Notes under the pieces: model-generated
Database searches by the model: none
The model's input: only the letters and a program-made list of their open reading frames with translations
Told to the model about the DNA's origin: nothing
Translations under genes and position numbers: made by a program
DNA from: the human T2T-CHM13v2.0 reference genome, Homo sapiens
Assembly: GCF_009914755.1 (NCBI RefSeq)
Contig: NC_060927.1
Length of the DNA stretch: 64,000 nucleotides
Reading direction: 5' to 3' (one strand)
Part shown: positions 15,170 to 31,740 of the stretch, one piece after another
Position numbering within the stretch: the stretch's first letter is position 1
Layout: every line of letters begins with the position of its first letter

Positions 15170-16401
15170 TTAGGTGAACAAATCAAACTTGTTGTGCCAC
15201 AAATTTGTGTCAATGTGTCAGGTAATATCTAAAGTAAAATTTTAAAATGAATGTTGCACAGAAAACTCAAGAAAAATATAATTAATTGTATTTTAAATTT
15301 AAATCATTCATTCAGATAGTAGTCATCACAATTTAAGTAATTTATGTGGAAGTTTCTCCCATATCATGCTCCTTCATATAAAGCCTCTTTCATCTTCCTT
15401 TCTCCCAATATTTTCTTCCTAATACAAGAGTTTGATATCCTAATTGGAATGTAACCAGGTCTTTCTCATAGTTTATCAGTACTCAGATAAATTCCTGGCA
15501 TAGCAGACACCCAATAAATGTTCATTATTGTTGTTAAGACAAGCAGAAAAGTCAGGGTAAGAAAGGTCTAGTGGAAATCAGACACTGAGACCTAATCCAT
15601 TCCCTCTCTCTATTTCTAGAAGTAAGTTTTGCTAGAGTCCCTGCTCTTGCTTCTGTCAGGACATTCAAACCATGTTTAACTTAGGATGGGAGTTATCTGA
15701 TGTTCCCAGTGCCCCTACCTATCTAGGCCTACAAAGTTTACCTTCTTCATGTCTTAGATGGATTCCATAAGCTTGAAACCTATAGGAGCTGGACATAAAT
15801 TGGGATCACTCTGGACCTAATGGCCATTCACTATAGAGGCAGACATCGCAGTAAGAACAATTGAGAGGATCCTGTCCTACCTATCTTCCTTCTATTCTTA
15901 GCTGAGCATGACAGAGTATAACTATGACATTTAGGGCAGATGAATTTTAGCAATAAAAGCTGATTCTGGGGATGATGTATAAAGTAACACCTGTCAAAGT
16001 CATATTAAATTTTTAAAACCTTGTTAACTTTGTGGTAAACTACCTCCTCGTTATCAAAACAGAAGGCACTTTTTCTCAGAAGGTTGGCCATAAATACATC
16101 CTAAGTCAAACTGGGAATAAGCCATGTGATTATCTGGGGTAAGCATTCCAGGGAGAAGTACAAGGACACAGAGGCAGGTGTGTGTATATGGCTTGCTTGA
16201 AAAACAGCAAGGAAGCCAGTGTGGCTGGAATGGAGTAGACAAGGGGAAAAATAACAATAGATGAAGTCAGACAAGAGTGGAAGAAGAAAATGAAAGTTCA
16301 TGTAGGGCTTTTTAGGTTAGTGCAAGAACTTTTTCTATGAGTGAGACAGGAAGCTCTTGGAGGTTTAGCTTATGTTTTAACAGGATCATGGTTGCTGCCA
16401 C

Positions 16402-17190
16402 TGAAATGGGAAAAGTACTCTTGTCCCGCTCGAAGGGCATGTGACAAGGAATGGCTCGCTTCTTCAGGGCCCCACTGCTCAAACCTCTAGGGGAGCATAC
16501 AGACAGGCAGGTTGTGGGGCTCCGACCCCACGGCAGCATCTAGGGGTGGATGTTTACAGCTCCTGAAGCCTCAGTGGGCATCTGCTACCGTGTGCTCTTT
16601 TAGTTTTGTCATCTATAGGCAGCTTGTGTTAACCAGCTAATTAGACCGTCTACCTTGTCACAAGGACAAAGAGTTTTCTATATCCTGGGTTCTTGCCTTG
16701 GTGTACTGGAAGAATCGGATCACACATGGGCTTGGAGAATGAGTGCATGGTTTTGACTGGAAGTAGCTCACAGCAGATAGGGGAGCCAGAAGGGAGATGG
16801 TTTTCCCCAGGAGTTCAGCCACTCAGCAGCCCTCCAACCGCCCCGGCCAAACTCTGCATCATTCTACTGGTCAATGGCCTGCTGGTGGGCAGCTTGCTCC
16901 CCTCGACGTCCTCTTGACATCCAGCAGCTCGTGTCTTCTTCCACCAAGGTGTTCCTCTCAAGGTCCAACCACTTGTGTGTCTGCCTGCTAGGTGTCGGGG
17001 TTTTTATAGGCACAGGATGGGGGTGTGGCAGACCTGGGTGGCTTTGGGAAATGCAACATTTGGGCACAAAGCCAGAAGTGCCTGTCCTCACCTAGGTCCG
17101 TGGGCACAGGCCGGGGGTGGAGCTCTAGCCAGGGACCTGCCCTTCTCCTCACAATTCCCTGCCCCACTTCCCTGCCCCACTTCCCTATCA
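16402..17190 (-). mobile_element. Solo LTR1 (ERV1) nested in an L2 fragment
   Basis: Reverse strand TGATAGGGAAG...CCCATTTCA; imperfect 4-bp TSD ccac/ccat; L2-like sequence on both flanks (~16090-17540). Confidence 0.7.
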
Positions 17191-18523
17191 CCATGTTGCA
17201 AATATACTGAAGGGGGCAAAGGGCAAAGGTGGGTGATCAATTTGAAAGCTACTGCAATAATCTAGGTGGGAGATAATGGTGGCTTGTATCAGGGTGGTGG
17301 CAGTGGATGTGCTAAAAAGTATCCAATTCAGGATATGTTTTCAAGGTAAAGCCAAGGGGATTGCTAACAACTTGGACTTGGGGTAACAGAAAAAGGAGTC
17401 CAGAATTTTCTCCCAAGATTTTCAGCTAAGTCAATTGGAGGAATGGAGGTGCCATTGTCTCTTACAGATTAGGAGACAATTAAAGGATATTAGAAATTCT
17501 GTTTTGGACCTAGGAAATGGGAGGCGCATATTAGACAGCAAGATTTTCTAATCTACAGTCCTTCTTTTCCCTACTTGGACTAAAACCCTATTCTGAATCT
17601 TAGCCCTGACCTAGTCCTGATCTAGCAGGCTAGATCCTGACTCCCAATCTACACTTATTGGCTAAGCTCCTACTCCACACACAAAAAGACCACCTCGAAC
17701 CAAGATGCTGCCAACAACAACAGATTCACAGTACTATTGCCAGAACCCAGAAAGTCCTGTCACAACATCCTATCCACCAGACTTGATTCCCTTCAATACT
17801 AATTTTGTTTTTATTATTTTTTTAGGGACAGTCTCGTTTTGTTGCCCAGGCTCAAGCGATCCTCCTGCCTTGGCCTCCCAAAGTGCTAGGATTACAGGTG
17901 TGAGCCTCTTTTCCTGGGCTTTGATAATTCCCTGTAGACCAGATGATTTCCACTGCAGCCCTACAATGGGGTTATTATAAACTAATTCCTCCCAATTCTA
18001 GCCCTCACCTGTCTCACTAGTAGGTCTCACTGCTATGTATGTTTCATATTTGAACTTCTGCAAATTATGAGTTTAATCATGTTGAGGGAAAACATAGTGT
18101 ATTATTAACTCTAAATCATCCTGAAGTTTTATATGCTTTGTTTACACAGATGCTTTTAAAAGATGAAGTGAAAGAGAAAAAAATATATAAATTGTCAAGT
18201 GGTTTTACTAGTCATACTTCTTTCCAGTAGACCGTTTGATCCTTCAAGCTTTGCATGACAAGACAATTTGTTGCAAAAACTGTCCTGTCAAATAATTCTA
18301 AAATGATTTGTCCTATCAGGTGAAATCCAAAATGATTTAGAATTCAGAAACATGAATGATTATTAAATGAATACTATAATGTCTATTAATCCCGGAACAA
18401 CTCTAAAACCTTTCTAAGAATCGCCAAAACTCTTTTATGCTCTTATTTCCAAACCTGGGGTTCCAAGGTTTGAAAACAAAATGGCATGTATAAAAGCACT
18501 TTCAAAGTATATTACATACACAG

Positions 18524-18940
18524 CGTCAGGCCTCTGAGCCCAAGCTAAGCCATCATATCCCCAGTGACCTGCACGTATACATCCAGAAGGCCTGAAGATC
18601 CACAGAAGGGAAAACAGCTTAACTGATGACATTCCACCATTGTGATTTGTTTCTGCCCTATCCTAACTGATCAATGTTCTTTATAATCTCCCCCACCCTT
18701 AAGAAGTTTCTTTGTAATTCTCCCCACCCTTGAGAATGTACTTTGTGAGATCTACCCTCTGCCCCTAAAACATTGCTCTTAACTCCACCGCCTGTCCCAA
18801 AACCTATAAGAACTAATGATAATCCCACCACCTTTGCTGACTCTCTTTTGGGACTCAGCCCACCTGCACCCAGGTGAAATAAACAGCCTTGTTGCTCACA
18901 CAAAGACTGTTTGGTGATCTCTTCACATGGATGAGTGAAA
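18524..18940 (+). mobile_element. Solo HERV-H LTR (LTR7B-like)
   Basis: gtcaggcctctgagcccaagctaagcc start, tandem ccccaccctt repeats, cctataag TATA, aataaa, gtgaaa end; TSD-like cacag/cacac. Confidence 0.85.
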
Positions 18941-19739
18941 CACACACTAATGAGAATCCCAAATTTCTGATGTATACAACAGAGTATTATACACACTTTT
19001 ATACATGGAGGAGAGAGAATAGCGAACAGAAAGGCACCCCAAACCCTAATGCAAAGAGCAATAAAAAATTAGCCAGCCAGCAGCACATCAGGCTGCCGTA
19101 TTGGCTGCCCTCAAAGTCGCAGGTTCTGTTCATTAATTTTTGTATCACATTTATTCAAGAATTGTACTGTTTAATTACTGAACAACCTGGGGAATAGCTC
19201 AAGAAACCATGAGTTACCCTTTCTGGGCTGCTGATGTTTTAGAAAACCTAGTTTTTTTAACATATGAATATTTTTCAGTTATTCATTTCATCATTATGAT
19301 ACCTGTATCTCCCATTTCAGTACTGATCGACTTTAGGGAGAAACTTTTGAAATAAGATGATATTACGAAACGTCCACGAAACAATTCTGTAACATCTGTG
19401 CAAAACTGTTTTTATAAGAAATCTCTAAAATTTAATGACATTTCCTGCACCTATAGTGAAGGCGGAAATACAAACAGTCCCTTCCACGAAAACGAGGTGC
19501 TATTACAATCACATTTCTCATCAGCCCTTTTCTTTTTTGCAAAAGTGTTTATCCTAGTGCTGCGGACTTACGACAAACGTCAACAGTTAATAAGATAACC
19601 AAAAACTGTGAAAATCAAACGTTCCTGGAATGCATCGGAGCTTCACACTTTAGTCCTTCGCTTGAGACTCAAAGGCCACATGGCCAGATAGGTCTTTCAC
19701 CTCTGCAAACCGTTAAACATCCTTCCAGTAAGACATAAT

Positions 19740-20380
<641 letters not shown>

Positions 20381-21933
20381 TTGCGGTTGTATTTTCTAGC
20401 TTTATGTTGGCGCATATATTATTTTAACTCAATAGGCATATGTCGATGCTCCCTGTACGTGGGGATACCCGAGAAACCCATTGTTAAGTACAAAATGCAG
20501 TCAATACCCATAAACCCATGGTAAAGTCAAAAATCGTTAAGTCGACCCACTGTAAGCAGAGACTGCCTGTATACAGCTTAAATTATTTTGGAATGAATAT
20601 AGAAGACTTCAAAATGCTTTAAAAGCTTTTCAAACCCAAATTAAGCATTCAAAAAATTAACTCTCCTTTTTTCTTCTATTTAACTTAAGTAGGGAAAACA
20701 TGCCAGACAAATTAGACAGAATTTAGACAGTGAAGAATAGGAAACGAATAATAGTTTCACAAATGAGATGGTCCTTATCAATAAGTAACTTTCGCCTAAT
20801 CTAAATTTCCTATCGTGCAAAAATAATAATCTCTAGATGGCAATAATGTGGAAAAATTTTTATAACAACGTTTATTAGTGAAATTTCATGAGTGAGCATT
20901 CTTGCATGTCCTACAATTTATTGATATTCTGTTCTAAGTCTGCTAAAAGGCATCTCAACTCTCCATATGTATTTACACTAAGTGCACCATTGCCCAGAGA
21001 TATTTCGTCTAAATATATGTGGAACTATAGTCAGGATTCAAAGAGTACCTCAATTATTTAATGATTTTGAGACAGCCATTGCTTTTTTATTTAAGCTTCT
21101 AAATTACTGGACTTTTTTGTAATTCGTTTTTAAAATTCAGTTTTATCTACATATTAGCATTAGATTTGCTCTGGCAGAGCATTTAAAATTTTTGCAGGAC
21201 TCAGATCAATTAATTTTGAAGAACTGACCAGAATTTTCCAGGATAGGATCCCTGGCCCCTGCCCACTAAATGTCCCCCAATTGTCTTGATAACCAAAAAT
21301 GCCCTTAAAATCTCCAAAATGTCCCTCAAGGGGCAGTACGGCCGTCATTTAGAACAACTGATTGGCATTGTACCCCCTCCCCCAATACCATGTTCAAAAG
21401 CAGAGCCATGTGTATTAATGGTTATTATCGAGAATATTCTGTTGTTTTCCACACTACAGAGGAGACAAGCTTAATTGGAACAAGAAAGGTCAAGGGAAAA
21501 GAGTAAGTTTTTAAATTGCAGTGGTGTTACAGTATACCATGGGAGTGCTTGAGAAAATGTGCTTCCAAACATGTAGTTGTACTTTTCATCTAGTTCTGTT
21601 GAACTACATCTAGTTTTTACTCTAAAAAGCTTTGTAAATATGAAATGCTTAATAAAAGTTGCATATATTCTTGAGTAGCGTAGTGAAACTAAAAGCACAG
21701 ATTCTAGATATACATGTCCTGAGTTCAAATCCCAACTCCTTCACTTTCTAGCTGTATAATTTTGGGTTAGTTGTGTTCTCTCATCCGTAAAATGGGGATA
21801 ATATCACCTACCTCCTAGATGCTGTAAAAAATGAATAAGAAAATATATGCTGAATGCTTAAAATAGTACCTGGCACATTTAATTCATTCAATAAATATTA
21901 GCTGTGTTAGAATTTGAAGTTTTTTACATCTAA

Positions 21934-22092
<159 letters not shown>

Positions 22093-23095
22093 TGAAGTTT
22101 TTAAATATGTTTGGACTATCTCTTGGATTAACTAACATGAATAATAAATGCTGGAAGGTATAAGAAATCATAATTACTAAGTTCCTAGAGAAGTGATTTC
22201 TTTCAAAAAAGTAATAAAGTAAGACATCCTAATGCCTGTGTATTCCTCTGAAGAAAAGGAAGTGTAGCTGGATTTATTTTAGTAGTCTAGACAATATCTT
22301 CAGAAAGTCTTTATCCAAATTTTGCAGAGTTGCCAAATAAAGTGTCTTATTGTCATTCTATATTTCCTCCTATAACAGTGATCATCTAGTTCTACACTGA
22401 TTGTACGGTAAATGGCTTTTAGGTTTTTCTTGCTTTTTTCCTCCTATAATCTTTTTTAAGGTATAAAGTACGTGATTAGTTACACACACACATTCGGCAT
22501 ATTCTTATGTGCTTGTTTTCCTAGCCAGTCTGCTGTAATAGCTTTCTTTCATTTTCTAATTCCCTCTACTTTCTTCTCAACGACGCAGTCTCTGCCAATA
22601 TCTAAGATACCCTTTCTTCAAAATCACCCCCACTTTGTCTCACCATATCTGGCCATGGTAAACCTTTCCACCAACCCTAATGTTCACTATCCCTGTGTAT
22701 GTGCGTGCACGAACGCACACACACCCCTTTCATTGAGTTGGAACCCTTCCATGAGACTTCACTAGGTCTTTTCTTGCTCCTCACTTCATAAAATGATTCT
22801 CTGGCTCCATCGCTAATGATTCTTCCCATTACTTAACCCTCCCATCCTTACTCCTGCCCCGCCTCACCAAATAAATCAGCCAAATGATCACTTCTAAGTA
22901 GAGTGATCTCCTTCCTTTTGTGAGAGGACAATGGAGGAAATGTATTCTTGACATTCCCAATCTGTAATTCTAAAATCATTTTCCTGTAGACAAATAAACT
23001 GACTGGGAACTTAAAATCACCATTTATAAAAATCTTTCCTTTGATAATATTTGTTCTAAGATCCAAACAATTGACTTAACTTTAAAAATTGCCTA

Positions 23096-23404
<309 letters not shown>

Positions 23405-24038
23405 CTATCATAATCTTATCTTTTCTGATTAATATCTGTTCTATGGACACAAAACTGAGTAAACCACTTTTCATCATCTGTGCATCAATTTTAGTTGCAC
23501 AAATGTTTTGTAATTATCATGTTGTATATGCAGTAAAAAATTGTTTAATAAAAGCACTAAAATCCACCTAATAAAACATGCAAAACATCTTGATTTTAGG
23601 GAAGCAATAGTCTAGGTATAAGAAACGATCAGAGTTTGGATCTAGGTTTTATGAAAATGTGTATGACTGATGGTAAACATTTTAACCTATCCTTGCCATA
23701 ATTAGTTTCTCTTTAAAGTGGAGATACATTGTTCATCAGAGAATATTGACTGATGCAGTCACAATTTAGAACAGGGTGAATTTTTCACTAAGAGTGAATG
23801 CAATAGGAAAGACTCCAAAATATTTTGCCTACATGTTTCTAATATGGAATCTAAAGTTCTTCTTAAGTCATACAGATTCTTTTTTTAAAATGAAGCGAAA
23901 AGTAGTATGATCTAAACTTATCTCCAGCCATTTCCCTTCTGTCTTCTTTTCCTGTGTCATCATCAGCATAGTTAAGGTTATATACTTGGCTTTTAATAAA
24001 TATTTGTTGATTAACTGGAAAACATTTTGAATCATTAA

Positions 24039-24224
<186 letters not shown>

Positions 24225-24491
24225 TAAGGAAAAGATTTTCTTATAATAGTTATACATTTAACCCCAAAGCATGTTTTCATCAGTAGAGTATTATACACAT
24301 GATTAACACTTCAGTTTTATCAAATGACTTATTTTATAAGGTCCATTTTATTCTCATAATATTCTATAATACAATATTTAGGACCAAGGTATATACTGCT
24401 TGCTTGTTTTCTGTCTGTGGTTTAGCTTACCCTTAATATTAAATTTAAGTGTTTTCCCAAATTGAGATTGAGAGTAAAGTGTACTTCAGCA

Positions 24492-24793
24492 TTTTTTTTT
24501 TCATTTTTTTTTTTGAGACAGTCTCGTTCTGTGACCCAGGCTGGAATGCAGTCATGCAATCTAGGATCACTGCAACCTTCTTCTCCAGAGTTCAAGTGAT
24601 TCTCCCGCCTCAGCCTCCTGAGTAGCTGAGACTACAGGTGCACGCCACCATGCCCGGCTCATTTTTGTATTTTTAGTAGAGACAGGGTTTCACTGTGTTG
24701 GCCAGGCTGGTCTCGAACTCCTGACCTCAGGTGATCCACCCGCCTTGCCCTCCCAAAGTGTGAGATTACAGGCATGAACCACCGCACCTGGCC
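24492..24793 (-). mobile_element. Alu (AluS-like)
   Basis: Poly-T then gagacagtctcg...gcacctggcc. Confidence 0.92.
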
Positions 24794-25134
24794 CATTAAT
24801 TTTTTTTAAAACCAAACTCTTACCTGGCTAATTTTGAAAATGAAAATTGTTGGTTAAAATCAGTAAATTCTGATCATTCTTAAAATACTTCAGACATCAC
24901 ATTTGCTGCAAATGATATCTCTTTTTTGTCTCCTTATGTAATCAAGTGATAGTTCTAAGAATTGCACAATATATAGAAAATTGATGTTAATCTTTTGAAA
25001 TGAAAAAAATGTATCTTGTTTGTTGTAGCTTTACATAAGGGGTAAAATCAAATATTTACATAAAATGCAAGATATAATGTGTCTGGTTTCTGTTATCTGT
25101 TAGTGTTAGGGTAATATTTAAAAATTCCCATATA

Positions 25135-25439
25135 GACCAGGCACGCCGGCTCACGCCTGTAATCTCAGCACTTTGGGAGGCCGAGGTCGGCGGATCACTT
25201 GAGGTCAGGAGTTCGAGACCAGCCTGGCAACATGGCAAAACCTCAACTCTACTAAAAATACAAAAAAAAAAAAATCAGCCAGGCATGGTGGCACATGCCT
25301 GTAATCCCAACTCCTCAGGAGACTGAGGCAGGACAATCACTCAAACCCAGGAGGCAGAGGTTAGTGAGCCAAGATTGTGCCACTGCATTCTACCCTGGGC
25401 AACAGAATGAGGCTCTGTCTAAAAAAACAAAAAAAAAAA
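25135..25439 (+). mobile_element. Alu (AluS-like)
   Basis: Full dimer with poly-A. Confidence 0.92.
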
Positions 25440-25826
25440 TTTATAACTTATGGTTAATTTTTTATAATTTATGGTTCCTATAATTTATAATCTGTAATTT
25501 ATGGTTAATTTGATTTGTATCTCTTTCTCCTCCTCGAGTTTAAGCTTTTAGAGGAGGGAACTCACTCATTATATATCAAGTCCCAGGCAGAATGTCTTAT
25601 ATCCAATATATCCTTATTGATTTAAATTAATATTTAGTGAATTTAGTTATTGAAAGTAAATAGCATTGAGACCTACTGGACTGCAGGATAAACTTCTGGC
25701 AAATTGAGAATTCCTGTTGCCTAAAGAAATGTTTTAATTTTGGAATGAGAATTATTCAAAGAAGAATTTCTTAGTACAGTAAGGAAGAGGGGATAAATGA
25801 ATGGGTATATTTTATATTGCCATTAA

Positions 25827-26009
<183 letters not shown>

Positions 26010-27044
26010 TGAACATGCACCTTTTAACAATTGAGCTTGTGTTGCCTCAAAAGATAAAGGAGAGTGCCTTTTGAATAATCTTTTCAATTAATCATCCATT
26101 AATATTAAAAGAAGTTCTATGGCACTTTTATTCTCTTTTCTGTCACTCAGCTATGTTTTGAAAATTATAGTCAAAGTAAAGGTTTCTTTAGGCTGTTCAT
26201 TTAATGTTCCTAGATACTGTTCATATTTTTTTCTTTTTATGGCAACATAAACATTTGTTCAGAAAAAGTTAGTAGCTCTTTAACAGCAGCGTGGCAGATA
26301 GTACTTATAAGAATGTGAATAAAACTGCAACTTAAAAAGTTGCTTAACTAATTTAAAACTTTAAAATTGTTCCAGGAACATAGCAGCCTCCAGCACACAC
26401 AAGTAGGATTTTTATATTTTTAAAGCAAACAAAATTTCTTCTGGGAATTTCTTACCAGTATTCTTGGTCTTTTGACCTAGACTAGAATACCAGAATTGTA
26501 GATTGGTATCCACATTAATTTTGCTTTGTGAGACTTCCAGAAAAAATGGCACTCTTAAAGTTTCTTTCCAAAGAAAAGTGAAGAACCCAATAACTAATTT
26601 GCTTTCAAAAAGATGTCAGCCACTAATATGTAACAGTGGAGTTTAGTACAAATCACACCAAATTACTAGTCAGCCACTTTTGTTTTATTCTTGGGGTCTT
26701 GGAATTCTTGGGGTCTGCAAAAGCCCTATGAAGCATTAGAGATGATTTATAGTTATGAGAAGTCAAAGGATTGATAGTCTGCCTAGTAAAAATGCCTAAA
26801 TATTGCCAAACTAAATAATAGTATTCTTTATTTGGTATCGCAGATACTAGTTTATGAAATCATATATTTTCCTCAATTTTAACTGAAAGGAAATATTACT
26901 TTCTTCGTTGGAAAAGGAATTGGAATAGAAAAGTTATATCTGTATCTCCTTTTAAATATCAGAACATTTGCCTTTATGAGGAAAGACTCCCATTTGCGGA
27001 GGGGTTCACAAGTCATTAGAAACCACACACTTTCTGCTTCTCAC

Positions 27045-27750
27045 TGTGGGAAAAACACTGGAACCATGTTTTTCCTCTGCTCTTATACCACAACAATTAA
27101 CACAGAAGACTTCTGTGGCTAAATGTGTAGGGGTTTTTGTCTTCACCAACAACCAGTGGACACAATCCCACAGATTGAGGATTCAGTCCCCAAGACGACT
27201 CCTCCCACCCGGCTTCAGACACTAGTCACAATTTTGGGCCTCTAGAATATCTAGACTGGCTTCAAGTTGGGGTTCCAACTACCCCCTCTTTGGGTTTAAT
27301 TGCTGGAGTGGCTCACAGAACTCAGGGAAACATGTTTTCTGATGGTATTATAAAGTATATTACAAAGGATATAATGAAGATGCACAGAACCTCCATGTCC
27401 TCCTTGGGCATGCCACCCTTTGGAAACCTCCCTGTGTTCAGCTATTTGGAAGCTCTCCAAACCCAGTCTTCCTGGGCTTTTATGGAAGCTTCATAACATC
27501 AGCATCCCTTCCCCCAGGGTATGAGGTGGGACCCTCTCTGGAATGAGGGTCATATGACCACAATCAGAAAGGTGAGAGAAGATTACAAGTCTTGTCTTGG
27601 AGCAGGTGAATGGAAGGCAGGAGGTCAGAGAGATTTTGTTTCCTGATGCCTAACATATCCAACATTATAACAAATGATCGTAACAAGGGCTATGGGAGTT
27701 ATGAGAAAGGAACCATGGACATAAACCAATATATGTATCATGACACCACA
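27045..27750 (-). mobile_element. ERV LTR, MER21-like
   Basis: tg...ca termini; gagtggctcacagaactcagggaaaca and ctctccaaaccc motifs recalled from MER21. Confidence 0.6.
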
Positions 27751-28403
27751 CTCCTGCCATTAGCATCTTTTATGACTAAAAAGCATGATTTGCCAGGAAA
27801 TTTAATTTTACAGAAACTCACCAGGAATATCTGGTGGATTAAGGTTTTATTTTTAATTGATTTTTGTAATAATCACCCATACTTTGACCTTTCTGCACTA
27901 TGTTACTTGTCTCTGGACAAGTAGAATTCTGGACTTACTTGGAATATAACTAGTAGATAGAACCTACAAATAGCCTGATTTCTGATTTTTTTCTTTAGAG
28001 TATAGGTCAAAAAATGATTACAAATTGGCAATTTTGTATAGATAAACCCAATATTCATTTATATATCTTAAGCTATCAGGTATATTGTGATCATATGAAC
28101 AATTGCAAATATAACTCCAGGACCCTTCTCATTGATCTTTCCAAGATATTGTGGCCCTATGTGGTTAAAGCACTATTAAGCAGCAGACATACAGTGTATA
28201 CTTGATGTGTTTCACACATTTGCTCATTTAATCTTTTCAGCTACCCCTTTATGGGTCATTATTTTTATTTTATAGATGAGGAAATAGGTACAGAGATAAA
28301 TTTGCACGGGTCACCTAGTTGTAAATGAAAAATTATAGCTAAAATGTGTAAAATTATTAAGAACCACTTTATTTCTAATGCATAAAAATTTGTTTTCTTA
28401 TAG

Positions 28404-28523
<120 letters not shown>

Positions 28524-28582
28524 TAAGAGTTGAATTGTTTTGTTTTTTGTTTTTTATGAAGTAATCTTGAGAATGTTGTGGG

Positions 28583-28978
28583 TTTTTTTTTTATTTCGAT
28601 AGTTTTTGGGGAACAGGTTTTTGGTTGCATGGAAAAGTTCTTTAGTGGTTATTTATGAGATTTTAGTGCACCCATCACCTGAGCAGTGTACACTGTACCC
28701 TATGTGTAGTCTTTTTTCGCTCACCCCTCCCACCTTTCCCCATGAATCCCCAAAGTCCATTATATCATTCTTATGCATTTGTGTCCTCATAGCTTAGCTC
28801 CCACTTCTAAGTGAGAACATACAGTATTTGGCTTTTTATTCCTGAGTTACTTCACTTAGAATAATGGTCTCCACCTCCATCCAGGTTGCTTCACATGCCA
28901 TTATTTTGTTCCATTTTATGGCTGAGTAGTATTACATGGTACATAAATACCACATTTTCTTTATCCACTTGTTAGTTG
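28583..28978 (-). mobile_element. L1 3' end fragment (L1PB/L1MA-like)
   Basis: Poly-T then agtgagaacat...ttcacttagaataatgg...ggctgagtagta. Confidence 0.8.
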
Positions 28979-29063
28979 AATTGTTTTTATAACGTTATGT
29001 ACTGAAAACCTGTAATATTATCAGTGTTTCTTAAAGTGTCACTTAAAACTAGAGACATTTGAA

Positions 29064-29350
29064 GGCCAGGTGCCATGGCTCATGCCTGTGATCCTAGCAT
29101 TTTTGGGAGGCCGAGGTGGGCAGATCACCTGAGGTCGGGAGTCCAAAACCAGCCTGGTCAACATGGTGAAACCCCATCTCTAGAAAAATTAAAATAAAAA
29201 AAAAAATTAGCCAGATGTGGTGGCACATGCCTGTAATCCCAGCTGCTCGGGAGGCAGAGGTTGCAGTGAGCCAAGATCACGCCATTGCACTCCAGCCTGG
29301 GCGACAGAGTGAGACTCTGTCTCAAAAACCACCACCACCACCAAAAAAAA
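29064..29350 (+). mobile_element. Alu (AluS-like) with internal deletion in the right arm
   Basis: ctcgggaggcagaggttgcag junction skips the segment between two GGGAGG repeats. Confidence 0.85.
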
Positions 29351-29751
29351 CTGTAGTATATCCATACCTGAGAAACATTTTGGCTGATCTCCATACGGAC
29401 GGACAGACGGACGCACAGATGGATATAGGAAGACAGATAGATAAATAATATGTACAATAATGGTGATGGTAATTTTTTTAAAACCTAAAAAGTCTAACAA
29501 GGTAATTGAATATTTATTACAAAAAGAACAAACTAAAGAGATCAAGACTTATTCTGGAAAACAAAGCAAAATAGAAGATATAGTGAAATTTTTGGAATCA
29601 TGAAGGAAATGGATCAGATAATATTGATCATCAGATTTTAGAATACTACAAGACGCGGCTGGGGGAAGAGAAGAAAGCTAGAACACATTAAAAGATGTTC
29701 TGCTTTCATATATGAAATCATAAGAATTTGTAAATTTTTTTAAGTTGATGA

Positions 29752-29877
<126 letters not shown>

Positions 29878-31319
29878 TGGTTCCCGGTTTAGCTGAAGAT
29901 TCAAAAAAAAAAAAAAAAGCTTTATGCTAACTGGAGTTAAATACCTAGAAGAATTTCAACATTGTTTTAAATGTTGTGCATCTGTAACTTCAGGAGGATC
30001 ACTTGAGCTTTAAAACCTGTGCCTTCTCGAAACAAGAATTTGTGCCTGAGGTGAAAAAAGTTTGTAAGTTATTGAATTATGGTGTTCATTAGAACAGCTA
30101 CTAGCTGATTCCCCTATTTTAACAAACTGACAAGAGCACATCCATAAAATGAAAACCTGTTACAACTATGTACAGAAGGGTTTGACGTTTTATTGGGCTT
30201 TTGTCTTTTAAAGAATATGTCTACTATGGGTATTTTTTTTTAAATGTTAAAATGGGCTAGGTAAAAGGGGGCTGCTTTTCTGTTAAGCATCGATAGGTAA
30301 GTTGATGGATAAAAGTTACTATGTAAGCCTATTTTTTTGAGTCCTTATTTGAATATTGAAAACATTCTTGATAAAATGTGTTAGTCCATGTTGGAAACAA
30401 CCGAAAGAACAGAATTCAAGTTCTAGTTCTGATGTTTATTATATATGTTGGATCTTGGGCAACTTACTTGATTTCTCGGAAATTCATTTGTTACTGTAAA
30501 CGTGAAAGCTATTAAGATTCAAATGAATGGTTTTACAGCAGGTAACATGTGAGAAGACAGCTACATATTTGTAAAGCCAAACCAACAAAGAAATATAGCA
30601 AAATTCACAGGTAGATTTATTACAAGAAATGTCCTTTCATGGGGGAAGTAACATTTTCACTAGTGAAAAAGCAAAAAACAAAAATAGCTTTAAGTGAGAA
30701 AACTAATTTGTAAAGGGCAAGAGAAAAAAGCTGATGGGACAGTTTAGACTGCTACATTTAAGATTCAGAATGGAAAAATAAAGCCTTTGAACTAAAGTTA
30801 ATAGAGAAGATTTTTGTGAAGGTGCCACTAACCTATTCATGTAAGTGGCTTAGGTTTTCAAAGTGAAGCTTAATATTAAAAGGTTATAGCTGTATTGCTG
30901 GATAACAAATTAAAGCTATAAACCAACTTCGTGGCTTTTCTTTAGAAAACAATCTGAATATATTGTCAGTTTTATAGTTGACAGAATTGGTCTAATCTAA
31001 GCAGGAATGTTTTCAGCCAAAAAAAAGATTTTTTAATATAAACATTCATAAAATATATAGTAACAAAAGAATTATCTTAGAAGTCATCTTTTTGTCTGCC
31101 AGTGTTACTTCACTGCTTTGATTTATCCTTGGTTCTCCTATAAGCAGAGCCTGAGCCAAAAGCTTACATATGTAAATTTGGGAAGTGATCCCAGGGAACA
31201 GTGGCAAAATGAAACAAGACAGACAAGCCTATTAACAACATATTCATTGAGTTAGCCAAAACATAGGCACTAGTGCTAGATCTTGAGGGAACTTGTGACA
31301 AGTCCTAGGAAATATGTGT

Positions 31320-31740
31320 TGTATAGTGACCAGGTCTATGCAACCTACCCCCAAAGGCTGAGAGTGCTGAGATGCCAAAGAAAGAGGCCAACAAATCCAG
31401 TTTGTCAGAAAGAAACATTTAATAGGGACTTATGCACAGAAGCCATGTCTCAGGCAGTGATCCCCACAGTTACCCCCCGACCCAGGGCTTATATGCCATA
31501 GAGAAAAGGGGGTACATGAAGGAACATGTGAGACACTGAAGTCACCTCCTCAGGGAAAGGCAAGAATGCTGTTTACAACTTAGCCTATAACTTGCTTAAG
31601 GCCAGGATTTACAGTGTGTGTGTGTGTGTGTGTGTTCTTTTAATAGATAAAAGTAGAAATCTTAGAGGGCATTCCAGGAACTGGTTATCAGAAGTCAACA
31701 TGGTAGATTAGCATCCAAGATGGAAGTTACTTTAGCCTCA
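31320..31740 (-). mobile_element. ERV1-type solo LTR nested in an MLT1-like element
   Basis: Reverse strand TGAGGCTAAAG...CA with CATATAAG and ATTAAA (31418-31423); internal (TG)n. Confidence 0.6.

Noticed and set aside
25436-25512. Repeated tttatggtt units
   Set aside because: Degenerate AT-rich tandem next to an Alu tail; not CRISPR-like
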